Positions 1 through 10,461 of a stretch of 64,000 nucleotides of DNA are shown here, piece by piece. Source of the stretch: Pyrinomonadaceae bacterium (GTDB lineage: Bacteria; Acidobacteriota; Blastocatellia; Pyrinomonadales; Pyrinomonadaceae); contig JBKBYA010000009.1 of NCBI GenBank assembly GCA_046313635.1, forward strand, positions 32,001 through 96,000, given 5' to 3'. Under the pieces are notes generated by a model, which saw only the letters and a program-made list of their open reading frames with translations, was not told the origin of the DNA and ran no database searches. Both the position numbers and the translations under genes were made by a program. How positions within the stretch are numbered: position 1 is the stretch's first letter; each line of letters opens with the position of its first letter.

Positions 1-1692
1 GACGTCGTGCTGCTCGTCGTCGCGGCAGACGAGGGCGTGATGCCGCAGACGCGCGAGCACTTTGATATCTGCCGCCTGCTGCGTGTCAGGCGCGGCGTCG
101 TCGCATTGACCAAGTCTGACCTCGTCGACGACGAGACCCTCGAGATCGCGCGCGAGGACGTCGCGGAGCTCGTCGCCGGATCGTTTCTCGAAGGAGCGCC
201 GGTCGTGCCCGTGAGCTCGCGCACCGGTGCAGGCATCGAGCGGCTGAGAGAGGTCTTGCTCGACGCCGTGCAAAGCGCGCCGCCCCGAGCCGACGACTCT
301 GCGGCGCGTCTGCCGATCGACCGCAGCTTTTCGGTAAAGGGTTTTGGCGCGGTCGTGACGGGCACGCTCGCCGCCGGAAAGATCGTCGAGGGCAGCGAGC
401 TCGAACTGCTGCCGCCGGGCCGGCGCGTGCGCGTTCGCGGCGTGCAGTCGCACGGCCGCTCGGTCAGCGAGGCCGCCGCCGGTCGCCGAACGGCGGTGAA
501 TCTCGGCGGCATCGATCATCACGAGATCCACCGCGGAATGACGCTCGCCGAGCCCGGCGTGCTGCGGCCCGCGCAGATGTTTGACGCCGAGGTCGAGGTT
601 CTAGCCGATGCGCCGCGGCCGCTGCGTACGCGTCAGCGAGTACGGGTACACATCGGCACGGCCGAGCTGCTCGCCCGCGTCGAGGTGCTCGACCCGGCAT
701 CGGCCGAGATCGCTGCGGGCGGGCGCGGCTTTGTGCAGCTGCGTCTCGAGTCGCCCGCCGTGGCGGTGACGGGCGAGAGATTCATCATCCGCAGCTACTC
801 GCCGCAGGCGACGATCGCCGGAGGAGCGGTCCTGCGGCCGGCGAGCGAAAGGCCGAGACGAAAGGCGATGGTTTCGTACGTCGAGCTGCTGTCAAAACTC
901 TCCGCCGCCGCCGGCGACAAGCCGACGATCGTCAAACGTCTCGTCACCGACTCGGGCGCCGGCGGCCTGACAATCGCCGACATTCGCGCGATCACCGGCT
1001 GGCGGCAAGACGTCGCGGCTGAAGCTCTCTCCAGATCGATCTCGGCTGCCGATACGCTCGACGCGAATGGCGTCCACATCGCAGCGTCAGCCTTTGACCG
1101 ACTCGCCGCGGCCGCCGTCGCCGCGATCGATCGGCATCACAAACAAGATCCTCTCTCAAAAGGCCTGCCGCTCGACGCCCTGCGCGAGCGCGTTTTCAAA
1201 TTTGTCCCGGCCGAGGTGCAGCGGGCCGTCGTCGCTTCGCTGGTCGAGAGCGGCAAGGCCTCGCTCGACAAGGACGCGATCCGCTCGGCCGGGCACCGCG
1301 CCGAATTATCGCCCGGCGAGACCGCTGCGATCGAGAAGCTGCGTTCGATCTTTCGCGGCGAACTCAACGTGCCAAAGCTCGACGAAGCGCTCGCCGAGGC
1401 CGCCCGCGCCGGGCGGACCGATGCGGCGACCGCGCGCAAGCTTCTCAAGATACTGACCGACACCGGCGAGATCCGGCAGGTCACGCCGGAGTTCTATTTC
1501 GCCGCCGCCGTGCTCGACGATCTTGTCCAGAAGCTGCGCCGCTTTGCCGACGCCTCCGCCGATCGCTTGATCGACGTGCCCGCCTTCAAAGATCTCGCCG
1601 GCGTCTCGCGCAAGTATGCGATCCCGCTGCTCGAGTATTTTGACCGCACAAAGGTCACCGCCCGCCGCGGCGATAAACGTTACATTCTGTAG
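1..1692 (+). CDS. selB: Selenocysteine-specific translation elongation factor (5' truncated by window edge)
   Basis: EF-Tu-like G-domain motifs ([36 protein letters not shown]) and C-terminal winged-helix [13 protein letters not shown] motif typical of SelB. Confidence 0.95.
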   Translation, partial: DVVLLVVAADEGVMPQTREHFDICRLLRVRRGVVALTKSDLVDDETLEIAREDVAELVAGSFLEGAPVVPVSSRTGAGIERLREVLLDAVQSAPPRADDSAARLPIDRSFSVKGFGAVVTGTLAAGKIVEGSELELLPPGRRVRVRGVQSHGRSVSEAAAGRRTAVNLGGIDHHEIHRGMTLAEPGVLRPAQMFDAEVEVLADAPRPLRTRQRVRVHIGTAELLARVEVLDPASAEIAAGGRGFVQLRLESPAVAVTGERFIIRSYSPQATIAGGAVLRPASERPRRKAMVSYVELLSKLSAAAGDKPTIVKRLVTDSGAGGLTIADIRAITGWRQDVAAEALSRSISAADTLDANGVHIAASAFDRLAAAAVAAIDRHHKQDPLSKGLPLDALRERVFKFVPAEVQRAVVASLVESGKASLDKDAIRSAGHRAELSPGETAAIEKLRSIFRGELNVPKLDEALAEAARAGRTDAATARKLLKILTDTGEIRQVTPEFYFAAAVLDDLVQKLRRFADASADRLIDVPAFKDLAGVSRKYAIPLLEYFDRTKVTARRGDKRYIL

Positions 1693-2394
1693 ATGCGCAA
1701 ATTCTTGACAGCCGAATGGAGAGATCTCGTGATGGCAAATTACGAGGTCGACCCGTCAGTTCTGGCCCCGCTCGTGCCGATGGGCACCGTGCTCGACCTG
1801 CACGAGGGCCGCTGCTTTGTGAGCCTCGTCGCGTTTATGTTTCTGCGCACTCGCGTGCTCGGCGTGCCCGTGCCGTTCCACGTCAACTTTGGAGAGGTGA
1901 ATCTGCGGTTCTACGTCCGGCGCGAGGCCGATCGCGAGGTGCGCCGCGGCGTCGTCTTTGTGAAAGAGATCGTGCCGCGATATGCGATCGCGACCGTGGC
2001 TCGCGTCGCTTACGGCGAGCCTTACGAGTGCTGGAGGATGAGCAGCCGGCGAGACGACGGGCGTATAGCGTATCGATGGGAGCGGGCTGGCTGCCGCAAC
2101 TCGATCGCCATTCGCGCCGGCAAAGGCCTCGGCGTGCCGGGCGCGGATTCGCACGGCGCTTTTATCATCGAGCATTACTGGGGCTATACGCGTCGCGGGC
2201 CGGCGCGTACCGACGAATACAAGGTCGAGCATCCGAAGTGGGAACTGTTTTCGGCCGAGGAGCCGATCATCGACGTGGACTATGCCGCGACGTACGGCGA
2301 GAGGTTTGCATTCCTCGACGGCCAAAAGCCATACTCTGTGCTGCTCGCCGCAGGCTCCGAGATCGCCGTCTGCAAGGGCTCGAGAATCGTATGA
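1693..2394 (+). CDS. DUF2071/YqjF family protein
   Basis: FLTAEWRDLVMANY, EVNLRFYV and EHYWGY motifs. Confidence 0.8.
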   Translation: MRKFLTAEWRDLVMANYEVDPSVLAPLVPMGTVLDLHEGRCFVSLVAFMFLRTRVLGVPVPFHVNFGEVNLRFYVRREADREVRRGVVFVKEIVPRYAIATVARVAYGEPYECWRMSSRRDDGRIAYRWERAGCRNSIAIRAGKGLGVPGADSHGAFIIEHYWGYTRRGPARTDEYKVEHPKWELFSAEEPIIDVDYAATYGERFAFLDGQKPYSVLLAAGSEIAVCKGSRIV

Positions 2395-2870
2395 TCATCG
2401 GCATCGTCGCCATCGCAGAGAACTACGCCATCGGCCGCGGCGGCAAGCTGCCGTGGCACTATCCGGCCGACCTCAAATTTTTCAAACAAACGACGATGGG
2501 CCACGCGATCGTGATGGGCGCCAACACCTGGCGCTCGATCGGCCGGCCGCTGCCCGGCAGACTGAACATCGTCCTCAGCCGTTCGCTCGAGATAGAGCAG
2601 CAGCCGAATGTTGTCCTGACGCGCAGCCGCGACGAGGTGCTCGCGCTCGCTCCATTTTTGAAGGGCGATCTTTACGTGATCGGCGGGGCGAGCACGTACG
2701 AGACATTTGCCGACGCGATCGACGAATGGATAGTCACTCGCGTACCGCTCGCCGTCGACGATGCCGACGTCTTTATGCCCGACGATTTCCTCGACGGATT
2801 TTCGATCTCGGCATCGGCAGATCTCGGCGACGAATTGACGGTCGAGCGTTTCGGCCGAGCAAAGAGTTGA
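2391..2870 (+). CDS. folA: Dihydrofolate reductase
   Basis: ATG 2391 overlaps the upstream stop (ATGA); AIGRGGKLPWHYPADLKFFK, MGANTWRSIGRPLPGRLNIVLS, IGG motifs. Confidence 0.95.
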   Translation: MIIGIVAIAENYAIGRGGKLPWHYPADLKFFKQTTMGHAIVMGANTWRSIGRPLPGRLNIVLSRSLEIEQQPNVVLTRSRDEVLALAPFLKGDLYVIGGASTYETFADAIDEWIVTRVPLAVDDADVFMPDDFLDGFSISASADLGDELTVERFGRAKS

Positions 2871-2913
2871 GATAAAATCGGCCCGCAAATTCTAACGCAG
2901 GAGGATCGTGAAT

Positions 2914-3228
2914 ATGATGGGGGGCAGGTCTTGGGACGACTGGATCGAGGAGTATTCGCACAGCCACGAGCACCCGATGAATCGGCTGACGCACAGCTTT
3001 GGCATCCCGATGATCGCGCTGTCGATCCTGCTCGTACCGGTTTGTTTTTTTGTCGGCGGGCTGTGGCAGATCGCGCTCGGGCTCTTTGTCGTCGGCTGGA
3101 TACTGCAGTTCATCGGGCACTACTTCGAGGGCAAGCCGCCCGAGTTCTTCAAGGACTGGCGATTTTTGTTTGTCGGCCTGCGGTGGTGGTTCAAAAAGAT
3201 CGTCGGCGTCGGAACGCCGCACAAGTAG
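2914..3228 (+). CDS. DUF962 (Mpo1-like) membrane protein
   Basis: H..P.NRLTH.FGIP and QFIGHYFEGKPP motifs; AGGAGG RBS at 2899-2904. Confidence 0.85.
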   Translation: MMGGRSWDDWIEEYSHSHEHPMNRLTHSFGIPMIALSILLVPVCFFVGGLWQIALGLFVVGWILQFIGHYFEGKPPEFFKDWRFLFVGLRWWFKKIVGVGTPHK

Positions 3229-3247
3229 CAGAGCTTTGAATGAATGA

Positions 3248-3287
3248 TAGCCGGTAGCTGTTAGCTGATAGCTGACGGCTTTTTTTC
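3248..3287 (+). terminator. Intrinsic terminator built from TAGCTG-type heptamer repeats
   Basis: tagccgg-tagctgt-tagctga-tagctga-cggct followed by a T tract; agccg/cggct closes the stem. Confidence 0.55.
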
Positions 3288-3348
3288 TGCCTGAGAAACT
3301 CGTCTCTTTTGCCTGCCCGCAAAAGTCTTGGCATCATAGACAAAACCG

Positions 3349-5394
3349 ATGAGCACACCAGCACGCGCCAAAAAGAACGCAAACACCGCGACCGATCTCG
3401 ACCAGCTCTGCATCAACACGATCCGCACGCTTTCGCTCGACGCGATACAAAAGGCGAACTCCGGGCATCCGGGCCTGCCGCTCGGGATGGCCCCGACCGC
3501 CTACGTGCTGTGGACCAAGTTTTTGCGGCACAATCCGAAGAATCCGAGGTGGTTCAACCGCGACCGCTTTTTGCTCTCGGCCGGCCACGGCTCGATGCTG
3601 ATCTACAGCCTGCTGCACCTGACGGGCTACGATCTCTCGCTCGACGAGATCAAGCGTTTTAGACAGCTGCACTCTAAGACGCCGGGCCATCCCGAAAACA
3701 TTTTGACGCCCGGCGTCGAGATCACGACCGGCCCGCTTGGGCAGGGCTTTGCGAACGGCGTCGGGATGGGCATCGCGCAAAAGCACCTCGAGGCGATGTT
3801 CAACCGCAAGGGCTTTCCGGTCATCGACCACTTTATCTACTGCATCTGCTCTGACGGCGATCTGATGGAGGGCGTCAGTTACGAGGCGGCCTCGCTCGCA
3901 GGCCATCTCAAGCTCGACAACCTGATCTATCTATACGACGACAACCGCATCACGATCGACGGCTCGACCGATCTCGCTTTTACAGAGGACGTGACGAAGC
4001 GGTTCGAAGCGGCCGGCTGGGAAGTCTCGGTCGTCGAGGACGGCAACGATCTCAAGGCGATCGAGAACGCCATCCGCGCCGCGCAAAAGAGCACCGGTAA
4101 GCCGAAGCTGATCCGCGTCAAGACGATCATCGGCTTTGGAATGCCGAAGCAGGGCACGAACAAAGCGCATTCGGACGCTCCGGGCGAGGACGCCGTCAAA
4201 GAGACAAAGCGCAATCTCGGCTGGCCCGAGAACAAGCAGTTCTTTATCCCGCGTGAAGCGCTTTCGCACTTCCGCGAGGCCGTTAAGCGCGGCGCTCGGC
4301 TCGAAAAGGATTGGCTCGCGCTGGTCAAAAAGTACGAAAAGCAGTTTCCCGATCTCGCCAAGACGCTTGCCGACACGCGCCGCGGCCGCCTCGCCGACGG
4401 CTGGGAAAAGGCTTTGCCCAAATTCGACAATGTCGAGGCAAAGGCGACCCGCGCCTACAGCGGCGACGTCATCAACGCGATCGCGGCCGCGGTGCCGCAG
4501 CTCATCGGCGGCTCGGCCGATCTGACGCCGTCAAACAACACGCTGATCAAGGCGTCGGCGGACTTTCAGGCCGGTCAGTACCAGAACCGCAACATCCACT
4601 TCGGCATACGCGAGCACGCGATGGGCTCGACGATGAACGGCATGGCGCTCTACGGCAGCGTCATTCCGTACGGCGGTACGTTTCAGACATTTTCGGATTA
4701 TATGCGGCCGGCGATCAGGTTGGCGGCGCTGTCGCACATTCAGGTACTCTTCGTCTTCACGCACGACTCGATCGGCCTCGGCGAAGACGGCCCGACGCAC
4801 CAGTCGGTCGAGCATCTCGCTGCACTGCGTGCGATCCCGGATCTCGCCGTCATCCGTCCGGCGGACGCGCACGAGACACGTGAAGCGTGGCGTGCGGCAC
4901 TCAAGCGTGAGAACGCACCGACAGCATTCGCGCTCTCGCGTCAAAAGGTCGACCTCATCGATCGCAAACGATTTGCCGATGCCCGCGGCCTGCACAAAGG
5001 CGCGTACGTTCTCGCCGAGGCCGAAGACAAGAACGGCGGTGCGACGGAACCCAAGCTCATCCTCATCGCCACCGGCTCCGAGGTCGGCCTCGCGCTGAAG
5101 GCCCGCGAGCAGCTCAACAAACAGGGCATCGCGACCCGCGTCGTCTCGATGCCGTGCTGGGAATTCTTTGACGAGCAGACGGCGAAGTACAAAGAGTCGG
5201 TCCTGCCGCGAGCGGTCAAGGCGCGTCTCGCCATCGAGGCCGGCGTGAGCTTAGGCTGGGCAAAGTACGTCGGCGACGAAGGCGACACGCTGACGGTCGA
5301 CAGATTCGGCGCATCGGCGCCGGCGGAGGATGTTTTCCGCGATTACGGCTTCACGGTGGAGAATGTCGTGAAGAAGGCAAAGAAGCTGGTCTAA
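3349..5394 (+). CDS. tkt: Transketolase
   Basis: [47 protein letters not shown] motifs. Confidence 0.98.
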   Translation: MSTPARAKKNANTATDLDQLCINTIRTLSLDAIQKANSGHPGLPLGMAPTAYVLWTKFLRHNPKNPRWFNRDRFLLSAGHGSMLIYSLLHLTGYDLSLDEIKRFRQLHSKTPGHPENILTPGVEITTGPLGQGFANGVGMGIAQKHLEAMFNRKGFPVIDHFIYCICSDGDLMEGVSYEAASLAGHLKLDNLIYLYDDNRITIDGSTDLAFTEDVTKRFEAAGWEVSVVEDGNDLKAIENAIRAAQKSTGKPKLIRVKTIIGFGMPKQGTNKAHSDAPGEDAVKETKRNLGWPENKQFFIPREALSHFREAVKRGARLEKDWLALVKKYEKQFPDLAKTLADTRRGRLADGWEKALPKFDNVEAKATRAYSGDVINAIAAAVPQLIGGSADLTPSNNTLIKASADFQAGQYQNRNIHFGIREHAMGSTMNGMALYGSVIPYGGTFQTFSDYMRPAIRLAALSHIQVLFVFTHDSIGLGEDGPTHQSVEHLAALRAIPDLAVIRPADAHETREAWRAALKRENAPTAFALSRQKVDLIDRKRFADARGLHKGAYVLAEAEDKNGGATEPKLILIATGSEVGLALKAREQLNKQGIATRVVSMPCWEFFDEQTAKYKESVLPRAVKARLAIEAGVSLGWAKYVGDEGDTLTVDRFGASAPAEDVFRDYGFTVENVVKKAKKLV

Positions 5395-5415
5395 CGTTCT
5401 TAAAAATTCCACAAG

Positions 5416-6540
5416 ATGGACATCGCCTCCGCGAGTACGCCGTCCCTGTTGCTCGATCTACATCGCGTCAAGCGGAACGCCGCCCGCGTCCGCCAGCTCG
5501 TATCGCGAAACCGCGTCCGTCTCCGCCCGCATATCAAGACGCACAAGTGCATCGAGGTCGCGCGGATCCAGACCGAAGGGTTTGACGGCGCGATCACCGT
5601 CTCGACGCTCGAAGAGGCCCGCGCTTTTGCTAAGCACGGGTTCACCGACATCACCTATGCCGTGCCGATCGAGCGAGGAAAATTTGGAGCGGCGATCGAG
5701 ATACTGAAGAGCGGCGTCAAGCTCGATCTTCTGACCGATGATGCTGAAGCTTCGCGTGAGCTCGATGAAGCGGCCGGTCGTGCGGGAGTAAAGTTTGACG
5801 TTTTTCTAAAGATCGACTCCGGCACGCATCGCGTCGGTGTCGAGCCTCACACCGAGGAGGCCGTTAAGATCCCGCGACAGATCTCCGACTCAAAGCATCT
5901 CAACTTCGCCGGCATCCTCACGCACGCCGGGCATTCGTACAACGCAAAAAGCAAACAGGAGATCCTCGACGTCGCACGCCGCGAGCGCAACGTGATGGTC
6001 GAGCACGCCGAGCGCCTGCGAGCGATGAGTATCGAAGTGCCGACGGTAAGCATCGGCTCGACGCCGACGATCTCGCTCGTCGATCACCTGTCCGGCATCG
6101 ACGAGGTCAGGCCGGGCAATTACATCTTTTTTGACAACTTTCAGGCGACGCTGGGAAGCTGCGGCTTTGAGGATACGGCGCTCACCGTTTTGACGGCCGT
6201 CGTTCACAAAGACAAGCGTCGGCGAAAGCTCGTCGTCGACTCCGGAGCGATCGCGCTCTCAAAAGACCGCGGCCCGGTTGGCCTCGATCCCGGCTGCGGC
6301 TACGGCCGCGTGCTCGACCTCGACGGCATCGACACGGGAATGCGCGTCACGTCATTGTCGCAGGAGCACGGCGAGATCGAATGCCATGGCGATAACGAGC
6401 ATTTTGATCGGTTAAAGGTCGGCGACCGGCTGCGCATACTCGCCAATCACTCGTGCCTCACCGCCGCGCAGCACGACCGCTACAACGTTATGGAAGACGG
6501 ACGGATCGTCGACCGCTGGGAGATACATCGAGGATGGTGA
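5416..6540 (+). CDS. PLP-dependent D-serine dehydratase / D-threonine aldolase (DSD1, alanine racemase fold) family
   Basis: LRPHIKTHK PLP-lysine motif, THAGHSY, GSTPT, SQEHG, NHSC. Confidence 0.88.
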   Translation: MDIASASTPSLLLDLHRVKRNAARVRQLVSRNRVRLRPHIKTHKCIEVARIQTEGFDGAITVSTLEEARAFAKHGFTDITYAVPIERGKFGAAIEILKSGVKLDLLTDDAEASRELDEAAGRAGVKFDVFLKIDSGTHRVGVEPHTEEAVKIPRQISDSKHLNFAGILTHAGHSYNAKSKQEILDVARRERNVMVEHAERLRAMSIEVPTVSIGSTPTISLVDHLSGIDEVRPGNYIFFDNFQATLGSCGFEDTALTVLTAVVHKDKRRRKLVVDSGAIALSKDRGPVGLDPGCGYGRVLDLDGIDTGMRVTSLSQEHGEIECHGDNEHFDRLKVGDRLRILANHSCLTAAQHDRYNVMEDGRIVDRWEIHRGW

Positions 6541-7037
6541 CGTTAAGAGACGTTCTGCTCGCCCAATTCACGGCCTGCCTTGACGAGAACGGCTGGTTCG
6601 TCGCGCTGAAGAACGCGCTTGCCGGGCTCAGCGCCTGTGAGGCCGCGTGGAAGCCTGACGGCGAAGCCGACAACTCCATTTGGGAAACTCTAAGCCATCT
6701 CAATTACTACAACGGCGCTTACCTCGAGAGGTTTCGCGGCGTGCCGCTCGAGTACGACAAGGCGGACAACGAGGAGACGTTTGAGCAGGCTGAGGACCGA
6801 TCGGAAGAGAAATGGCGCGCCGAGCTCGCGCGCTTTGGCACGGTCATGAGCGGCTGGCGGGACGAGCTTCGACGAGCTGACGACGATAAGCTTTTGGAGC
6901 TCGCGCCGCCGCGCTGCGAATATCCGTGGTACGCGATCATCTCAAGTATCAACACTCACAACGCTCACCATTGCGGGCAGATCGTGCTGCTGAGAAAGCT
7001 GCAGGGCCGATGGGACCGCACGCAGGGCGTCTCGTAA
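6534..7037 (+). CDS. DinB family protein
   Basis: NSIWE..H and HNAHHCGQI motifs; ATG overlaps the upstream gene end. Confidence 0.8.
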   Translation: MVTLRDVLLAQFTACLDENGWFVALKNALAGLSACEAAWKPDGEADNSIWETLSHLNYYNGAYLERFRGVPLEYDKADNEETFEQAEDRSEEKWRAELARFGTVMSGWRDELRRADDDKLLELAPPRCEYPWYAIISSINTHNAHHCGQIVLLRKLQGRWDRTQGVS

Positions 7038-7105
7038 CGCCGACGCCTTTCACGATACCGCTTCGGTTCGACTTTGGCAGGCCGATAGCAGGCCTCAGAT
7101 CTTTC

Positions 7106-8278
7106 TTAGTAGAGAAGCCTGATGCCGCGTCGCAGCTTTGACATGACGTCGCTGCCGGGCTGAGCATTACGCGGCTCGCTCACCGTCGTATTCACAACGA
7201 TGATCGACGCGGTCCGCGCCGCCGGATCAAGGTCGATATAGCTCAAAAACCCGTTCTGGTCGCCGCCGTGGCCGACAAACGTGCGGCCGCCGCGCCTATC
7301 AAGGAAAAAGATCAGGCCGATGTCGGTCGTGAAGCCGCGGTTGCCGTTTGCGTCCGTGTCGGTCTTGAGCTGCGGCCGCCACATCTCCTCGAGCGACGAG
7401 CGCTTTAGCACGCCGTCGTAGATCTCTCGCTTGCTCGCATCGCCGATCAAAAAGTTCAGATACTTCACCATGTCTGTGAGTGGCGAATTGAGGCCGCTGT
7501 TCGAGACGGTGATGCCGGTATCGGCGTCGAATCGGCCTTCGGAACGCTTGCCGTTCTCGATGTAGTACGAGTGTGAGCGGTGCTTGAGCAGGTGATACGG
7601 CGTCGCGTCAAAGTACGAGCGGTGCATCTCGAGCGGCCTCAAAATGTTCTTGTCGACGTAGACCTCGTAATCGTCGCCGGTGAGCTTTTCGATGATGCGG
7701 CTGAGAAAGATTATCCCGGGATTTGAATAGCCGAATCGGCTGCCCGGCTTAAAAAGTATCTCGGTAAACGGCAGCATCGCGACGAGCTGCTCGTAGCGCG
7801 TCGGCTCAAAGGGCTCCCAATCTTTCCCGGCGTCCCACGGCCACGTCGGGTTCCTGAAGCCCGCCGAGTGCGTCATCAGATGGCGGACCGTGATCTCGTC
7901 CATCGAGCCGTACGCGTTGTGTACCTCGCGCAGCTCGGGCAGATACTTCGTTACGGGATCGTCGAGCTTGACGAGGCCGCGATCGCGAAGCTGCATGATC
8001 GCAATGCCGGTGAAGGGCTTTGTATTCGAAGCCCAGTGATAGATCGTGTTCTCGTCGACGGGCTGACCTTTTGCGAGATTTGCGGAGCCGTAATACTCGC
8101 TCGCGACGATCTTGTTGTCTTTGAGAAAAACAAAGCTCCCGCCGACGATACCGGCCCGTGAGAGCTCGTCGCGAAACACCGCCTTAAAGTCCGTGAACCG
8201 TTTGTCCTGAGCGTGCATCATTGCAAAAAGCGTGAGAACGAATACGAATGCGACGAGCGGTCGTGCAGCGAGCTTCAT
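7106..8278 (-). CDS. Serine hydrolase, beta-lactamase class C family, exported
   Basis: Signal peptide, SxxK (SNTK), YSN, HGG motifs. Confidence 0.9.
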   Translation of the reverse strand: MKLAARPLVAFVFVLTLFAMMHAQDKRFTDFKAVFRDELSRAGIVGGSFVFLKDNKIVASEYYGSANLAKGQPVDENTIYHWASNTKPFTGIAIMQLRDRGLVKLDDPVTKYLPELREVHNAYGSMDEITVRHLMTHSAGFRNPTWPWDAGKDWEPFEPTRYEQLVAMLPFTEILFKPGSRFGYSNPGIIFLSRIIEKLTGDDYEVYVDKNILRPLEMHRSYFDATPYHLLKHRSHSYYIENGKRSEGRFDADTGITVSNSGLNSPLTDMVKYLNFLIGDASKREIYDGVLKRSSLEEMWRPQLKTDTDANGNRGFTTDIGLIFFLDRRGGRTFVGHGGDQNGFLSYIDLDPAARTASIIVVNTTVSEPRNAQPGSDVMSKLRRGIRLLY

Positions 8279-8304
8279 GTTGGTCTGCGGGTGTCGCCTC
8301 CGGA

Positions 8305-8339
8305 ATAACTGAAAACTGATAAGTGAAAACTGAGAACGC
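8305..8339. repeat. Degenerate heptamer tandem array (single arm)
   Basis: ataactg-aaaactg-ataagtg-aaaactg-agaacgc. Confidence 0.6.
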
Positions 8340-8360
8340 CGGTGCGACGCGGCGGTGTCG

Positions 8361-8415
8361 ATTATAACCCGCCGCGTGTGACAGGTCGTGTTTTTGGCAC
8401 GCGGCGAACTATAAT
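8361..8415. promoter_or_regulatory. Divergent -10 boxes: TATAAT on minus (8361-8366) and on plus (8410-8415)
   Basis: Two perfect TATAAT hexamers in a GC-rich background, each oriented toward one of the divergent genes. Confidence 0.6.
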
Positions 8416-8427
8416 GTCACTTTCCAT

Positions 8428-10320
8428 ATGAGTGTTTACGAAGGACTATCCGAGAGCCAGCAGTTTGCCTGCCGCGTGATCGCCGACCATGCGCGGTCGA
8501 CGGCGTTTGCGATCGCCGACGGCATCTTGCCGGGCAACGAGGGCCGCAATTACGTTTTGCGCAAGATAATGCGCCGCGCGATCTACCACGGCCGCGAGCA
8601 CCTCGGATTCAAAGAACCGTTCTTTTACAAGGTCTGCGACTTTGTTATCGACCAGATGCACCAGGCTTACCCGGAACTCGAGGCGCAGCGCGAATTCATC
8701 GGCAAGATGGTGCGGCTCGAGGAGGAGCGGTTTGCCAACACTTTGACCGTCGGCCTGGGCAAGCTCGACGAGCTCAAAATCGCGTCCGATACGCCGGCGA
8801 ACGAGCTCTTTACGAGCGTCGCCAAGCTCTACGACACCTACGGCACGCCGCGCGACCTGATCCGCGTTTATCTCGAAGAGAAGGGTCTCGTCTTTGAAGA
8901 GGACGAGTTCAATCAAAATTTCGAATCCGCGCTGCAAGAGCTGCAAAAGCAGTCCGGCATCGGCCAGACCGAGCGCAAGGCGCAGATCTCGCCGATCTAT
9001 GCCGAGCTGCTCGAGCGTATCGGCGCAAACAAGTTTCACGGCTACGACACGACGCAGCTCGAGGGAGCACGCGTCGCGGCGATACTCGACGGCGACAAGC
9101 CGATCGACACGCTGAGCGAGGGCCGCCAGGCGAGCGTCATCCTTGACGAGACGCCATTTTACCCCGAATCGGGCGGTCAGGTCGGCGATACCGGAAAGAT
9201 CGTTTCGGCCGAAGCGACGCTCAGAGTGTCAGACACGTACTCGCCTCTGCAGGGACTGATCATTCACAAGGTGACGGCCGAAAAAGGCTCGATCCGCGTC
9301 GGCGACGAGGTCGTCGCGACCGTCGACGCCGAAAAGCGCGACGCCACGCGGCGCAACCACACGGCCACGCACCTAGTCCACGCCGCGCTCAAAGAGGTCC
9401 TCGGCTCGCACGTCAAACAGGCCGGCTCGGTCGTCGCGCCGCAGTTTCTGCGGTTCGACTTTACGCATTACCAGCCGATGACCGCCGACGAGCTTCGCGA
9501 GGTCGAAGATCTGGTCAACCGGTACATTCTCGAGAATCATCCCGTCAACACCACGATGATGGCGATCGAAGACGCGATGCGCAGCGGCGCCGTCGCGCTC
9601 TTTGGCGAGAAGTACGGATCGGAAGTGCGCGTCTTGAGCGTCGGCGGCGGAGAATTTTCAAAAGAGCTCTGCGGCGGCACGCACGTGCGGGCGACCGGCG
9701 ATATCGGCTGCTTCAAAATTACGGCTGACGAGGCTATCGCGTCCGGAGTTCGGCGCATCAGGGCGATCACGGGGCTCGACGCCTTTGAACGTTTCCGCGA
9801 GGACGAGCGGCTGATCGACAGCAGCCTCGCCGTGCTCAAGACGCAGCGAGACCAGCTGCCGAACGCGATCGAGCGGCTGCAGGACGAACTCAAGCGGACG
9901 CGTCGCGAGATCGAGGAGCTCAAACTCAAGATCGCGACCGGCGCGGCCGGCAACGGTTCGGCGGGCGGAGCCGACGAGATAACAGAGATCGCCGGCGTAA
10001 AGGTGCTGGCCAAAACGGTCGAGGGTCTCGACGCCAACGGCACGCGGCAGCTCTCCGATACCTTGCTCGCGAGGCTCAAGTCCGGCGTCGTCGTACTCGG
10101 CCGCAAGGACGACGGCAAGGTCGGCATCATCGTTCGCGTCTCGGACGATCTCACAGGCAAGGTAAAGGCCGGCAGCGTCATCAAAGAGATCGCCCCGATC
10201 GTCGGCGGTAAGGGCGGCGGCAAGCCCGACATGGCCGAGGGCGGCGGCAATTTGCCCGAAAAGCTTCCAGAAGCGATCGACGCGAGTTTGAGAATTATCG
10301 AAGATCTTCTGACCTCGTGA
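8428..10320 (+). CDS. alaS: Alanyl-tRNA synthetase C-terminal polypeptide (tRNA-recognition, editing and C-Ala domains; no catalytic N-domain)
   Basis: Starts just before RVIADH; contains NEGRNYVLRKIMRRA, LYDTYG, NHTATH, ELCGGTHV, GGKGGGKPDMAEGGG; only 630 aa versus roughly 870-900 for full AlaRS. Confidence 0.9.
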   Translation: MSVYEGLSESQQFACRVIADHARSTAFAIADGILPGNEGRNYVLRKIMRRAIYHGREHLGFKEPFFYKVCDFVIDQMHQAYPELEAQREFIGKMVRLEEERFANTLTVGLGKLDELKIASDTPANELFTSVAKLYDTYGTPRDLIRVYLEEKGLVFEEDEFNQNFESALQELQKQSGIGQTERKAQISPIYAELLERIGANKFHGYDTTQLEGARVAAILDGDKPIDTLSEGRQASVILDETPFYPESGGQVGDTGKIVSAEATLRVSDTYSPLQGLIIHKVTAEKGSIRVGDEVVATVDAEKRDATRRNHTATHLVHAALKEVLGSHVKQAGSVVAPQFLRFDFTHYQPMTADELREVEDLVNRYILENHPVNTTMMAIEDAMRSGAVALFGEKYGSEVRVLSVGGGEFSKELCGGTHVRATGDIGCFKITADEAIASGVRRIRAITGLDAFERFREDERLIDSSLAVLKTQRDQLPNAIERLQDELKRTRREIEELKLKIATGAAGNGSAGGADEITEIAGVKVLAKTVEGLDANGTRQLSDTLLARLKSGVVVLGRKDDGKVGIIVRVSDDLTGKVKAGSVIKEIAPIVGGKGGGKPDMAEGGGNLPEKLPEAIDASLRIIEDLLTS

Positions 10321-10351
10321 GAGGTTGGTAACGATGGTCTCGTTATGTGAG

Positions 10352-10396
10352 CACCGCGGATCTCCGGCTTGTGTCACACATGCCGGGCCCGCGGTG
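10352..10396. other. Long imperfect hairpin between convergent genes
   Basis: caccgcgg/ccgcggtg, ccggc/gccgg and tgtg/caca pairings. Confidence 0.45.
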
Positions 10397-10461
10397 TTTC
10401 TCGTTGGCAGGCGGCCGATGCCCGGCACGGCGCCCCGCCGGAGCGCGATGCGAGCCTCAGC

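Noticed and set aside
1716..2870. 384-aa ORF as a DHFR fusion protein
   Set aside because: The N-terminal part is an alternative frame of the DUF2071 gene; DHFR starts at ATG 2391
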